Source: Basidiobolus meristosporus CBS 931.73
Taxonomy: Eukaryota; Fungi; Basidiobolomycota
NCBI GenBank assembly: GCA_002104905.1
Contig: MCFE01000361.1
Coordinates: forward strand, 1-64,000
Length of the DNA: 64,000 nucleotides
Direction: 5' to 3'
Positions 37,801 to 49,635 of the stretch are shown one piece after another; position 1 is the first letter of the stretch, and each line of letters opens with the position of its first letter. A program made the translations under genes and the position numbers. Below the pieces are notes generated by a model that was not told where the DNA came from, did no database searches, and saw only the letters and a program-made list of their open reading frames with translations.

Positions 37801-38922
37801 GACCATTCCGTCGTTTATGTTCGGATTTCTGTTTGATGGTTGATGTGTAATAATGGGACTCGGTTGGTTCTCGACTGCTGGAGGGTAGGTGCTATTCATA
37901 TGCTGTGGTAGCTCTCTCTTGTAAGCAGTAAGGCTCTGTGGAGTGAAAGAGGTAGGCGTATTTGACATATGGGGCATTTCAGCGGTTGGCGTTGAAGTCT
38001 GCTTCCTTCGAAAGATTTCATCTAAATAGGAATTACTTGGACCACTAGTTGGAGCGGAGGTTTGTCTGAATACTGAAGATTCTTTTCGATAAGCGTCATT
38101 CATAGAAGTTGTAGCATCCGGAATCAGATTGCTATGTGGATAATTTTCCTGCTTAACAGCTGAACCAAAAGGAGACACGTATTGATACTGATTTAGGTTT
38201 TCCATCCGACTACTAGGCATTTTTTCCGTTGAGGTTCCGGTGTGATATTCATGGGGGTTGCTGCTAGCATACCGCTGGTCGGCAGCCATTGGCGCGATTG
38301 GGGTTTGCCGAGGATCAGCCATTCCGCTCCTCTCATCCGTAACGTTGTTGAATACATAGGAGCCAGATCTAGGTGCCACATTCGAGGCCTTGGCACTATA
38401 TACATTCCTATTGTAGTGTTCAGGATTTGAAAAGATGCTAGCGCCTGCATTGTCTGTCCAACGGGGTGTTCCTTGTGGAGGATTATTGTTGTTGGATTGA
38501 ATATCAAACATACCGTAGGATTGCGGGGGTATGGAGGTGGAATTGGTGGGCTCCTTCTGAAACCCGTAGGTTGCCCGCTCTCTCTCAAACATGGTTCCAG
38601 AATTCAACGGATTGGGATATGAGGGCAAAGAGGTTGAGGTTTTGTGATACGGCGCAAAATTTGATATGGTAGGATTGGCCGATGCCTGTGGCAATGAAGG
38701 AATGTTTGTAATTGCTGGTAAGGTGGGGTTCGAATGCATTTGTGGATCCAAGCCAGGAAATCTGTTTGTGTCTTGACCATATTCAGGTCTCATTTGTTCT
38801 CGAGGGATTTCTTGGTTGTATTCGTTTCGAGAGAATTTCTGGTTCCTCGGATCTACTTGGTATGAACCTCGAGGTCTCTTTGGGGGTTGTGAGCCTTGAT
38901 ACTCATAGTAATACTTGTCCAT
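34897..38922 (-). CDS. 1341-aa intronless protein: ~670-aa disordered N-terminus plus helical-repeat C-terminus, candidate Integrator subunit 5-like
   Basis: Uninterrupted ORF. RKFLLEHVIAVW and KCPDLCQNLLQYLTEENTNDHLVTWIIDCLSITSP resemble recalled INTS5 N-terminal blocks ([45 protein letters not shown]). The CDS is secure; the family call is tentative. Confidence 0.5.
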   Translation of the reverse strand: MDKYYYEYQGSQPPKRPRGSYQVDPRNQKFSRNEYNQEIPREQMRPEYGQDTNRFPGLDPQMHSNPTLPAITNIPSLPQASANPTISNFAPYHKTSTSLPSYPNPLNSGTMFERERATYGFQKEPTNSTSIPPQSYGMFDIQSNNNNPPQGTPRWTDNAGASIFSNPEHYNRNVYSAKASNVAPRSGSYVFNNVTDERSGMADPRQTPIAPMAADQRYASSNPHEYHTGTSTEKMPSSRMENLNQYQYVSPFGSAVKQENYPHSNLIPDATTSMNDAYRKESSVFRQTSAPTSGPSNSYLDEIFRRKQTSTPTAEMPHMSNTPTSFTPQSLTAYKRELPQHMNSTYPPAVENQPSPIITHQPSNRNPNINDGMVISNLTARHVMPSAPSSSTPHGFQNILLSNPTNSEGNRYTSPARNPQANTFTEASPKRNGGSLQSLLLNPPIPTKPSGSDTQPKIAPFTGQGAFTPESGTPITNLSDHLQPSRQSEQPLTTESVQGMASFLKQASGQGVYNLSEENANSNWMFLTNTVENPHPPEIKRPKSLDVPIINPSKSGHHNIGMPTSTSTSSSSQNTRPPLSPVPKQETLPKPIPPVIRPSSSGIRDLSISSTAGPGGNASTPQPSDKVPSIGAEPRATSIIGVAVDKPKIDNVLGPDFIVAPPPHAMYDRDKLVTKGVELWIRYAGEESVTTFSEQLKDLIGSQYPSDRKFLLEHVIAVWLTWEPEKFQLILEPLSAMVKKRKRIYNKRASPFYALVQLFNPTTERVSLIFDPTAELQADYSIDVKCPDLCQNLLQYLTEENTNDHLVTWIIDCLSITSPLVQKRYFKWLIEKIDWDDTSNVGTENTTNYMHQLLSLLKDDKNKSTMSAALVSVFFTSWKNREALFKSQELRPTLVNYFNNPGSIAAQNQLYILLADEPEDSRFAIILELLTALKEHSEPGSIKWFYNLILPVMIDVIVEKDQSLAAHLFETLVIDEAWFSFLFFNSKDIEVKSQELGSLEALIQPDASRGLLLLVQAITQLEQYNIQSRISDMWLHQWKRKKIDRLWILALISLYPQSPKALQEMVVQLVQCTLDHEVDIGNSDHPVWYDMLDMFTMNKIPGLSPLFEATFNMLYDNPQTREQAYTRFEECLAKLSESFVAEVVNKSKLHGKKSKKKKPKWSSSAYTVSQTVAEFAGLLNHYLSSHRTIAAARALGERILASSAGISLSKLLSLSPLPQIRAHTVSILVSLTTIAEQDPVLVNHWIKMWEGQDLRTLVSLLADSDDLVAEKARSFIVQLLSLEADVSTLRAKIKNELNRDCRSSSDKINRLSAQPDQLGALGPLRIILARQQAILHLVQGP

Positions 38923-39426
38923 CGTTCCTAAGACCTTCCTGGTCCTTCGATATGAAAGTGCAAATCGATTCTTGGTTGCTTTTGTTGAGGAAAAGGCGAA
39001 TTGGGCATTTTATAGAGGCATAGATCAATTTCCTGATCGGTTGTTCCCAAAAATTATTTCATCACAGTGGTATTAATGCATGTATAGTAAACATGGTTCC
39101 CGCTCCCTCCTCAATCGATGGGCTGGAGGTTAGGTCTTGTGCTGTCTCCTCTTTCTCGGAGAATTGCGATGTTATTCTGCTTTCAAATCACCTTATTTTA
39201 CCAGTGGCATGTCACTAGAATGACAGCTCCAAGGAAGGTTTCAAGGTTGGATTTGCATGGATATCCGTTCCATTTAATGTTGATCTGAGCTCATACATAA
39301 CCACGAGATTAATCATTTTGTAAAGATTTATCCCAACATTTCAATCATCCTGGCTTTTCTGTAAGAGCCCTAGAGTGCATGTACCAATTCATTTCGTAAT
39401 TCTACCATCTTAAAGAGTCGTCAATC

Positions 39427-41187
39427 ATGGTAATCTTGAAGTCCTCCCTTCATGCTTTCCTTTGGCTATCGTTTCATTCCACTTACACAGGCTTAGCTGA
39501 CATTGCTCCGTGAATTTTTAGGGTCAAGAGCATTCGAAGGTGTCTTTGGAACAACGCAAAAATACCACCACACAGGTGCCTACGCTATCCACACTACGCC
39601 ACACAATCGCCTCCAACTCCAACTCAAACTCCACCTCCTCATCTTTGTCAACCCACACTCCTGAATCCAGACCGACTTACCAAAGCTATACGACCCAGCC
39701 ACTTAATATAGCGTCAGCAAGCAGTATCGATACTTCAATCCTCTCAACATCTGCCCCTACAACTCAACAATATTCGATTATGGCAACACTGTACCCAGAT
39801 ACAAGATCGGAGCATAAGGGGATCCCTTCCGCCTATTTCAAAAGACGAACCTATTCAGTTGAGAGTAAGAGAAGTGCCTACAAACCTAGAACGCTATCTG
39901 ATTACCCAAAGGTAAGCCTACGTCGTGTCCCGACCACTTCGTTACCTGTGCTTATCTCCCCGAATGATCACAGGGTCTCGTCACAGTAAACTTAATCGAT
40001 CATACTTCGGATAATGAAGAACCGGAGCTCCAGTTACTTGCCCAGAGCCAAAGGGTATTTACTGACTCAGCGATTTAAAGATGGGCTCACTTTCATTTAT
40101 CAAGCCGCTTCTTAGTTTCAGCCACTTGTAAAATCCTCCGGTTATACCTCCTTTGGCTTCGGTAACCTCTGGGGCTCTACCTCCCCATCTCCTGATATAT
40201 CGGGGTTGAGTAAGTCATTGAAGCCTGGTCGCGGAGACATTTCTCAACAGCACATTAACAACCATCCAGCACTAGATTCCGACCCGCTCGCTAACATTTG
40301 CACAGACTTGCAAGGCCACGTGAGAAGAAATGCCTACCAGGTGTCGGAAGACCAAGTTAGATGTGTCTTTATTGATGTTTGGCAGACTCATCTCTAACAA
40401 AGACTCCTACTTTCGTAGCGTTCTCTCGCAGACAATCTGAAAGCAATGGACGAGTTCTCCTCGGAGCTTTGGAATGGCGTGAGTGCCAACTTACAAGACA
40501 TGAAAACATGCGCCGATCAGCTCAGCAATGGTCCGTATCTTCCTAAAACTGATTTCCTGTTGATAGTCATCTCACTTGATGTACCCTGTAGTCACCGCGC
40601 TTCAACAACAAATCGAGAACACCCATCAGCTATTGTTCAACGTCTTTCAGACTTTGGGGAAGTTGAACTCTTTGTTGCCAGAGGCGCAGAGAGTCGAGTC
40701 GCTTTCAGAAGACCAATACCCTGCTCTTCAGCGAGCCTACCAGACTTCGCTACGTAAGCGTTCAGGATCTGTCAGCGTTGAGAGAAATCGGTTGTCTTTA
40801 CCTAGCCGACGTGGTAAAGAAACCACCACCCTCACGCTGAACAATGTTTTCTCCGGCGCTGACTCTTACGGTGATGTGAGCAGCTATCGTGCCCCATCCC
40901 CGGCACCATCGATTCATAATGCCGAAAGCTCAGCTTCAAGAACGTTGAAAGAGCTGGCCTCGCGGTCGGATAAAGAGCGCTCCACCTCTTGGTCCACCGT
41001 TTTTAACACGCCCTCTCGCCGGGCCCTCCCTATGAGGCAACAAATATCGCGTGCGGAGCGATATAGTGGCGCTGACACCGCCTCCCCCGATATTGACCGC
41101 CTGTTGCATCTTTCCTCTTTACAACTACCAGATTCCCCTCAAGAAACTGTACACCACGTTCCTAACCTAAACAACCATAATCCATAA
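39427..41187 (+). CDS. BORCS5: BORC subunit 5 (myrlysin/LOH12CR1) homolog
   Basis: ATG-only first exon (39427-39429) and intron 39430-39521 give MGQEHSK. FQPLVKS, LDSDPLANICTDLQGHV and LGKLNSLLPEAQRVESLS match recalled BORCS5 FQPLLKG, LDSQQVLQLCLRYQDHL and LDRLNSMLPEGERLEPFS. Confidence 0.82.
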
Positions 41188-41532
41188 TCCTGGGAGTCCC
41201 GTCCACCTTGTAGTATACACTTCTTCATGTATCATAGACTTGAAACTGCCGATGCTCACTTCTCTGCAGTCTCGCCAGTAAGAGCCAGTTGGTTGGTGGT
41301 GAATCAGGTGCCACACCAGTTTGTAGTGTGACTTGCTGAGCTTGAATAAACTCCATGGAGCTTGGTCCATTTCATCAATTGCAAGAGGCTAAAATATGGA
41401 CTCTAGTGCTCTGAAGCATGAGCGTGAACAGACTGCCCGGGATTTATTGGATTCCGGAAACTCGCCTTTGCAGTTTGATTGCAAGTTACGGAGTAATGCT
41501 AAGGATTGTGCACTCACTGAAGAAACTGTTTC

Positions 41533-41665
41533 TGTTGTAAATTTCGTAATTACTCCTAAATATTCATCCAACTTAGTCACATAGATCATTGTCTCCAAAC
41601 CTTCAAGAATTCTGGCCAAACTCCTTGCCAGGATTTACTTTGAATCTTCTCATCAAAATATTCCC
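41533..41665 (+). mobile_element. Degenerate 5' fragment of the copia LTR family (LTR-A)
   Basis: tgttgtaaatttcgtaattactcctaaatattcatccaacttagtcac matches the LTR-A start seen at 42237, 42494 and 45833. Confidence 0.7.
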
Positions 41666-41721
41666 TATGAAAAATCTCAAACTTGGATTTCATCTGATAA
41701 TATGATGGTATTCTAACAGTA

Positions 41722-42236
41722 TTTTGCCGGTATTCAGCTGGTGTTTTTCCTTTGAATTTTTAGTTGCAATTTTTGGTGGAAGTAGTGTGTAGCTGATTGC
41801 CAAATTTAGCATGAATGCTACCCTAAGAAAAGAAAATCAAGAACAGTCCTGGAGAATACAGCATAGTATCAACTGAGTTCCACATTTCTCCAAATTTACA
41901 ACTCTCAACATTTTAGGTACTAGCTATTTGGTAGACCGGCATATTTTCCAGGAGGAGGCTAGGGTACCTAGCACTCATGCCCAATTTAGTAATCATCTAC
42001 TCACTACCTCCCCCAAAAATTGCAACTAAAAATCTGAAGGAAAAACACTGGCTGAACACCAGCATAATGCTGCCTGAATACCAGCAGATCATCAGCTGAA
42101 TTCCTGGTTTGAGATCTCAGATTGGGCTAGTTTACCTAGTCTTCTCCCTGAAAATATGTTGGCTTGTCTGCCAAATAGCTAGCACCTGAGATACTCAGAA
42201 TATTAAGTTTAGAGAAACTTGGAATTAGCTGATATC
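41722..42236. repeat. Interleaved inverted repeats (X..Y X'..Y')
   Basis: 41722-41827 is the reverse complement of ~41958-42065 (gtgtttttcc..tttttagttgcaatttttgg). ~41868-41975 is the reverse complement of ~42124-42236 (ctagctatttgg..catattttc). Confidence 0.6.
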
Positions 42237-42938
42237 TGTTGTAAAATTTGTAATTCCACCTAGATATTCACCTAACTTAGTCACTTAGATCATTACCTTC
42301 AAATCCTAGAGAATACTGACACAATTCCTTGTTGGGATTTATTTAGAATATTCTCACCAAAACATCATGTGCCTAGAACATGGAATATCTCAGAGCTTCC
42401 AAACAGCCCCCAACTTTGTGCACCTACTTTTGAGACCTTTGAAAACATATTCTATGTGCTTGTTATGCCAAGACCATGTAATACTGTAAATACTGTTGTA
42501 AAAATTTGTAATTCCCCCTAAATATGCACCTAACTTAGTCACTTAAATCATTACCTCTAAATGCTAGAGAATACTGACCAAAATACTTGTTGGGACTTAC
42601 TCAGAATATTTTCACCAAAATATCAGGTACCCAGAGCATGAATATTCTCAAAGTTGTTCAAGCAGCCCCAAAATTTTGCACACATGCTCTTGAGACCTTC
42701 CTAAGCCTATTCTACATGCTTGGTATGCCAAGTGCATGTAAAAGTATAAATACTACTCTTGCATCCAATAAATATACATGTGAAAACTACTTAATCTACT
42801 TGTCCTCCCAATCACTTCCAATATCTCCAAGACTTTTACAACAAATACTACCTTTACATTTAATAAAACCTCAAGTGCAAACTACTTGATCTACTAGTTC
42901 TCCTAACTACTTACAATATCTTGAATACTCTTACAACA
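42237..42938 (+). mobile_element. Tandem full and partial LTR-A copies (~350 bp, TGTTGT...ACAACA)
   Basis: A partial copy at 42237-42493, a full copy at 42494-42843, and a 3' partial copy ending acaaca at 42938, followed by a PBS. Confidence 0.8.
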
Positions 42939-43675
42939 GCTTATGAGCCCCAAGCTATCACTCTCTACAATGTCACTACAGCTATTATTAGAACTGTTCC
43001 CTCTGCTGATCAGTTGGATGGATCTAACATCCTGGTCTGGAAGGTGAGAATAAAGATGCTGTAACAGGAAAGAAGCCTTTGGGATATTGCTATGGGAGAG
43101 GAGTGCTCTCCTAAAAATGCAGGAGCACAAGCCTTAAAGTTCCAGAAGAAAGAACAAAGTGCCTTTCACTGCATTTGCTATAATGTTGAAGACAAATTGC
43201 TAATTCCATGTTCACAAGTAAAGACAGCAATTGATGCCTGGAAGGCATTAGAAGACACCTACCAGTCATGTTCAGCTGCTAAGAAAATTTATTCTAGATA
43301 AAATTCCTTATTACAAGTATGCCACCAGGAGGAGAAACAAAAAATTTGACTAACAGAATTTCCCTGTTGGCTGATGACATAAAATCAGTGGGCCTACCAG
43401 CTACTGATGACAATGTGCTGGTTATCATCCCAAATAGCTTGACAGATAAGTTTCAGGGCCTTGCACAGCCATAGAGTCCAGAACTGAAGATTTGACCTTG
43501 AAATGTATATAAAGAAGGCTCCTGAATGAACAATTAGAAAAATCAAGCACCAAAAAGAAGGAAGAAGAAAATGCCTTAATAAGCAATGCTAATCCACAAA
43601 GAAGGTACTCAGGCCCCTTCAAGGGCAACAGCAACCTGTTTTAAGCCTACTGCAAAAGAAAAGAACACACAATTG

Positions 43676-46600
43676 AATTGCAAGAGTCTTGGAGATATTG
43701 GAAGTGATTTGGAGAACAAGGAGATTATGTGGTTTTTGCTTAATGATATATTGAATGTAAAAGTAGTATTAATACTCTTACATGGTCTTGGCATAACAAT
43801 CACCTAGAATAGACTAAGGAAGGTCCCAAGAACATATGTGCAAAGTTTGAGGCTGTTTGGACAACTTTGAGAATTTTCATGTTCTGGGTACCTGGTATTT
43901 TGGTGAAAATATTCCAAGTAAATCCCAACAAGGAATTTGGCCAGTATTCCATAGGATTTGAAGGTAATGATCTACGTGACTAAGTTAGGTGAATATTTAG
44001 GTGGAATTACAAACTTTTACATCACTTGCACTCAGCTAATTGTTCATACTGACTAGTCCTAATTTTGACCTAAGATATTCAAACTTGTCTCTAGCTAATG
44101 GTTTGGTAAATATGTCTGCAATCATTTCATCTGTAGGACAGTAAACTAAGCTAACTAAGTTATTCTCTATAGCTTTATGTATGAAGTGATGTCTAGTATC
44201 TATGTGCTTGGTTCTAGCGTGAAAAGTTGGATTTCTACCTAATTGTATACATCCTTGATTATCTTGAAATAAAGTAATAGGCATTGTTTGACATAGGCCT
44301 AAATCTGTAAAAGCCTTTCTTAGTCACATTACTACTTTGGTAGCTTTACAGGCTGCCATGTACTCTGCCTCTGAGGTAGAAAGTGTTATAGTTGGTTGCT
44401 TTCTGGAGTTCCATGAAATTGCTCCTTCACAGTAAAGAAAGGTGTATCCTGTGGTGGATTTTCTGGCATCCAAATTTTGTCCCCAATCAGCATCAGAGTA
44501 TCCCACAAGATCCTGTTCTGAATCCTTATAAGTGTGTCTTAAGCAGATATCAGCAGTTCCTTTTAGGTATCTAAATATCTGCTTAACTGCTGCAATACAA
44601 TCAGATCCATAGTACTGATTATGTTGGCTGACAACTCCCACTGAATATGAGATATCAGGACATGTTCCAAGCATGATATACATCAGACTGCCAACCATAG
44701 ATTGATAAGGAAAGTCAGGGCTTTCAGATGGCACCAAGCTTTCTTGATTTGGTTGAGTTTTGACCAAGTTAAGGTTTGTTTCCATTGGGGTAGCTGCCGG
44801 TTTACAATCTTCCAATTGATACTTCTTTAGTATATCTTGAATATACTTGGATTGGCTTAGGGTGATAGCCTGGGCACTTCTGTCTATGAGGAACTTAATC
44901 CCTAAGTAGTAACTGAGTTCTCCTAGATTGGACATCTTGAACTCCTTAGATAGGCTGGATATAGTCTCTTCCAATGTTTCTAGGTTATTGGTGGCTATAA
45001 TAAGATCATACACATATAGAGCTAATAGAACTGGATTTGCTCTATCTGGCTTGTAGTATATACTATAGTCAGCATTATTTCTTTTGAAACTCAAAGATTC
45101 CAAATAAGAATCTGTCTTGCGATTCCATGCTCTTGGCAATTGTTTGAGACCATATAGAGACTTTTTAAGCTTACAGACCAAATCAGGGTTATCTTGATCA
45201 ACAAACTCATCAGGCTGGTCCATATACACATCCTCATCAAGTTCTCTATTCAAATATGCAGCTTTTACAACCATTTGATGTATAGAATTTATATTTGGCT
45301 GCAATAGCCAATATTAATCTGATGGAATTAAACTTGGCTACCAGTGCAAAGGTCTCAGTATAGTCAAGTCCTTTTGTTTGAGAGTATTCTTTGGCAATAA
45401 GTCTTGCTTTGTATCCTGCAATTGTACCATCAGCCTTGTATTTTGTCTTGAAGACCCATCTGCATCCAATTGATTTTTGGTTGATTGGTAATTTGACTAA
45501 GTCCCAAGTTTGATTTTCCATCAGGGCCTGATATTCCTCAATCATTGCAGATCTCTAAAGCTTTGTCTGAGGGCTATTTAGGGCCTCTTTACAGTCTGGG
45601 GTTCATCAATATGGACTGAATAGGCATAGGCCAAGTTTGTACCCTCACTGATATAGTAATTTTGGTTATTTCTTGTCTGATTGGATCTCCAGGCATTTGA
45701 TACTGAGATGATCACTTCTGGGATATTCCTGAGCACTGATTCTGGCTGAATTATGGTTGTAGAGTCCTCTGGAGTGAAAAATTCTTTGTTGTTTTGCTCT
45801 GAATCAATCCTGACAATTGGTGGACTTGTGATTGTTGTAACAATTTGTATTTCCACCTGAGTACTCACCTAACTTAGTCACTTGGATCATTACCTTCAGA
45901 TCCTAGAGAATACTGACCAAATCCTTGTTGGGATTTACTCAGAATATTTTCAACAAAACACCAGGTACCCAGAACATGAAAATTCTCAAAGTTGTCCAAA
46001 CAGCCTCAAACTTTGCACACATGTTCTTGGGACCTTCCTTAACCTATTATAGATGTTTGTTATGCCAAGACTATGTAAAAGTATAAATACTACTTTTACA
46101 TTCAATAAATCATTAAGTGAAAACCACATAATCTACTTGTTCTCCAAATCACTTCCAATATCTTCAAGACTCTTACAACAGAGATCAGATGTTTGTCATC
46201 ATCTGGTATCTTTTTTTGTGGAAATTATGAATTTTCATCAAACAACATATCCCTAGACTTGATTAGCTTCTTTTCTTTGGTATTGTAGAGTCTGTATGCT
46301 GTACTTTCATTGGAGTAGCCCAAAAATATGCATTTTACACTTTTTGGCTCCAATTTTGACTGATTTTTGGGAAGTTTCTTGGCATATGCTGTACAACCAA
46401 TTATTCTTAGATGTTCTGCACTTGGTCTGTATCCATAACATGCTTTGGATGGAGTAAAACCACCAAGTATTCTGTTATAACTCCTATTTCTAATATATAC
46501 AGCAGTGGCAACTGATTCCGCCCAAAAATCATAGGATAATTTTTGATCATGGATCATAGATTTTGCCATATCAATTATTGATCTGTTATCACGTTCTGCT

Positions 46601-48705
46601 ACTCCATTTTGCTGTGGGGAGTATGGTACAGTAGTCTATTGCTTTATCCCATATACTTTGCAGAAGTGGTTGAAGTGTTTTGAGGTATATTCTCCACCAT
46701 TGTCAGAGCATATTTTCTTGATTTTTTCACCAGTTTCTCTCTCCACCATGGCTTTAAGCTCCCTGAGCTTAGACAGGGCTTCTTCCTTTCTCTCCACAAA
46801 GTAGACCCATGTGTATCTTGTATAGTTATCAATAATGGTGTTTAAATACTTCATCCCACCTAAGCATAAATTTTGCACAGGGCCCTACAGATCTGAGTGA
46901 ATTAGATCTAGTTTTTTCTTGGTTTTGATCAGCCCAGAGCTCTTTAACAGTTGTCTGGCTTGTTTCCCATATATGCAGGCTTTACAGTGCTCCAAATTAG
47001 CTGGGGGATCAACTTTTACTCCAGAAATTAGCTGATCTTTGATCATTTTGCGCAAATAATCAAAATTGATGTGCCTAAATCTCCTGTGCCAAAGCATTGG
47101 TGTTTCTTCATTCAAGTTACTTATATCAGCTTCCAAATATGATCAAATATAAGTCAACTTGTATAGATTCTGAACTCTGATACCCAAAGCAATATGGGCA
47201 CCATTTTGATCAGTGATCCTGCATCCAGAATTGTCAAAGCTGAAGCTGAGTCCTTCTGCAGTGGCCTTGCTTACAGAGAGTAGGTTCTTGGCTATTTCTG
47301 GTACATAGAGTACTTCTTTAAAGGCCAGTGTATGGCTTCCTTCACAGCTTCCTAGGTTTACTTGGATAGTTCCTTCTCCCACTGCATTAAGTGTTCTATT
47401 GTCACACATGAAAGCCTTCTTAATTGGAATTTCTTGATATAGGGTAAAAAGTTCTTTTTGGTGTGTAAAGTGTTGAGATGCTCCAGAGTCAATATACCAC
47501 ATCTGATAATCATTGTTTGTGGTCATATTTAGTGCAGATATGAATAGTGTATCTTCAGTTGTTGCAGCATTTCCATATTCAGGCTTTTTCTGCTAACTAT
47601 CTTTCTTTCTGAGGCACTGGTCTGATGTGTGTCCTTTCCTTTTGCAATAGTTGCAAAGCAGGTTGCTGTTGCCTTTGTAGGGTCTTGAGTACCTCCTTTG
47701 TTAGTTATGATTGCTTATTAAAGCATTTTCTTCTTCCTTCTTATTGGCACTTGATTTTCTTAATTCATCATCCAGGAGCCTTCAATATATATGATTCAAG
47801 GTCAAATCTTCAGTTCTGGACTCTAGGGCTGATACAAGGCACTGAGACTTGTCTGTCAGGCTATTCAGGATGGTAACTATCTCATCCTCATCAGTAGTTA
47901 GTACACCCACAGATTCCATTTCATCTACCTGGAGGGAAATTCTGCTAATTAGATTTACATTTCTTCTCCTGGCAGCATCTTTGTAGTAAAGAGTTTTTGT
48001 CTCAGATACATTTTCTTGGCAGCTGAACATGACTGGTAGGTGTCTTCTAATGCCTTCCAGGCATTTTTTGCCATTTTTGCTCTTGAGCATTGAATTAGCA
48101 ATTTATCCTTAACATAAAGGCAAATGCAGTTAAATGCACTTTGTTCTTTCTTCTGGTACCCTAAGGCTTCCTCTCCCATGTTTTTAGGAGGGCATTCTTC
48201 TCCCATGACAATATCCCTAAGGCCTCTTTTTGTTGCAGCATCTTCAACTTCACCTTCCACACTTGGTAGTTAGATCCATCCAACTTTTCAGCAGAGAGAA
48301 AAATTCCAGTAATATCAGTAGTAGACATTGCAGAGAGTGACAGCTTGGGGCTCATAACCTGTTGTAAGAGTCTTGGAGATATTGGAAGTGATTGGGAGAA
48401 CAAGTAGATTATGTGGTTTTCACTTAATGATTTATTGAATGTAAAAGTAGTATTAATACTTTTACACGGTCTTGGCATACAATCATGTAGAATAGATTAA
48501 GGAAGATTCCAAGAACATGTGTGCAAAGTTTGGGGCTGTTTGGACAACTTCAAGAATTTTCATGTTCTGGGCACCGGATATTTTGTGAAAATATTCTGAG
48601 TAAATCCCAACAAGGATTTTGGCCAGTATTCTCCAGGATCTGAAGATAGCAATCTAAGTTACTAAGTTAGGTGAATATTTGGGTGGAATTATAAATTTTA
48701 CACCA
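43676..48705 (-). mobile_element. Full-length degenerate Ty1/copia retrotransposon
   Basis: LTRs at 48360-48705 and 43676-44024, PBS ggttatgagcccc, gag KLDGSNYQVWK, protease WYIDSGASQH, GAG-pre-integrase LWHRRFRHIN, integrase SDNGGEY, RT (WVFKTK..YKARLIAK; LYGLKQ; YVYD) and RNase H (GYSDADW; RTKHID; ADIFTKPL). Flanks are AATTG/AATAG. Many stops and frameshifts. Confidence 0.92.
45833..46180 (+). mobile_element. Solo LTR-A inserted antisense into the copia pol
   Basis: TGTTGT...ACAACA with 5-bp flanks GTGAT/GAGAT. Confidence 0.88.
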
Positions 48706-49635
48706 AATAGACAGGTGCCTCAAAAAGAGAGATAATCAGCAAAAAAAGCATCATAATGGAAATTTTGCAACAACCAAAATTAGATTAATCATATCTGCAA
48801 TGGATATAACCACTAACAAGGGCTCTCAGAGATGATGTGATGACTTTGGAGTATTTGAGCACTTCAGACACCAACAAGAGCTTTATCCCCAATATCAATA
48901 AATTAAAAAGCTTTTGATGGGGACTATAGGACACTTGATGCAGTTGGAGAGGGAATTATTCAAGTTAATATCAAAAGTGGAGAAAGAAATCATACACTTA
49001 CCGTCAACAAAGTACTTTATGTACCAGAAAAGTCAAGAACCTACTATATGTAAGCAAGGCCACAGCAGAAGAAATCAGTTTTGGTTTTGGCAATTCTAGA
49101 TTCAGGATTGCAGATCAATATGTTGCCTAAATTTGTTTGGGTATAAAATAGCAGATTACACATAAGCTATCAAATATCCCATCATATCTGGGAGCCAATG
49201 TAAGTCACTGAAATTAATAAACACCAATGCTTTGGCACAGGGGATTTTGACTCATCAATTTTGATCATATGCACAATATGATCAAAGATCAGCTAATATC
49301 TATAGTAAAATAAGATCTTCAGGCAAGTTTGGAGCATTAAGAAGCCTGAAAATATGGGAAACAAGCCAGATAAGCACCAAAGAGTGCTGGGCATGTTAAA
49401 ACTAAGAAGATACTAGATCAAACTCACTCAGATGTGTAGGGGCCTATGCAAAATTTATCCTCAGTCAGGATAAAGTATTTAAGCACTTTTATCAATGATT
49501 ATACAAGATACATATGGGTATACATCATGAAAAGAGAGGAAGAAGCTCATTCTAAGTTCAGGGAGCTTAAAGCCATGGTGGAGAGAGAAACTGGTAAAAG
49601 AATCAAGAAACTACACTCTGACAATGGTGGCCAAC

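Larger units (their letters stand above)
42494..49635 (+). mobile_element. Degenerate Ty1/copia element, split by a nested copia and truncated in integrase
   Basis: PBS gcttatgagccc at 42939 and a gag relic (QLDGSNILVWKVRIKML). The zinc knuckle YCKRKEHT|IDRCLKK is split between 43670 and 48706. An integrase relic KYLSTFINDYTRYIWVY..HSDNGG ends at 49635. Confidence 0.8.

Noticed and set aside
41160-41532. 7-bp duplication (cataatc x2) at the BORCS5 stop and downstream ORF 41396-41584 as a truncated extension
   Set aside because: The conserved BORCS5 domain is already complete, the alternative frames stop soon, and the small ORF runs into LTR sequence.
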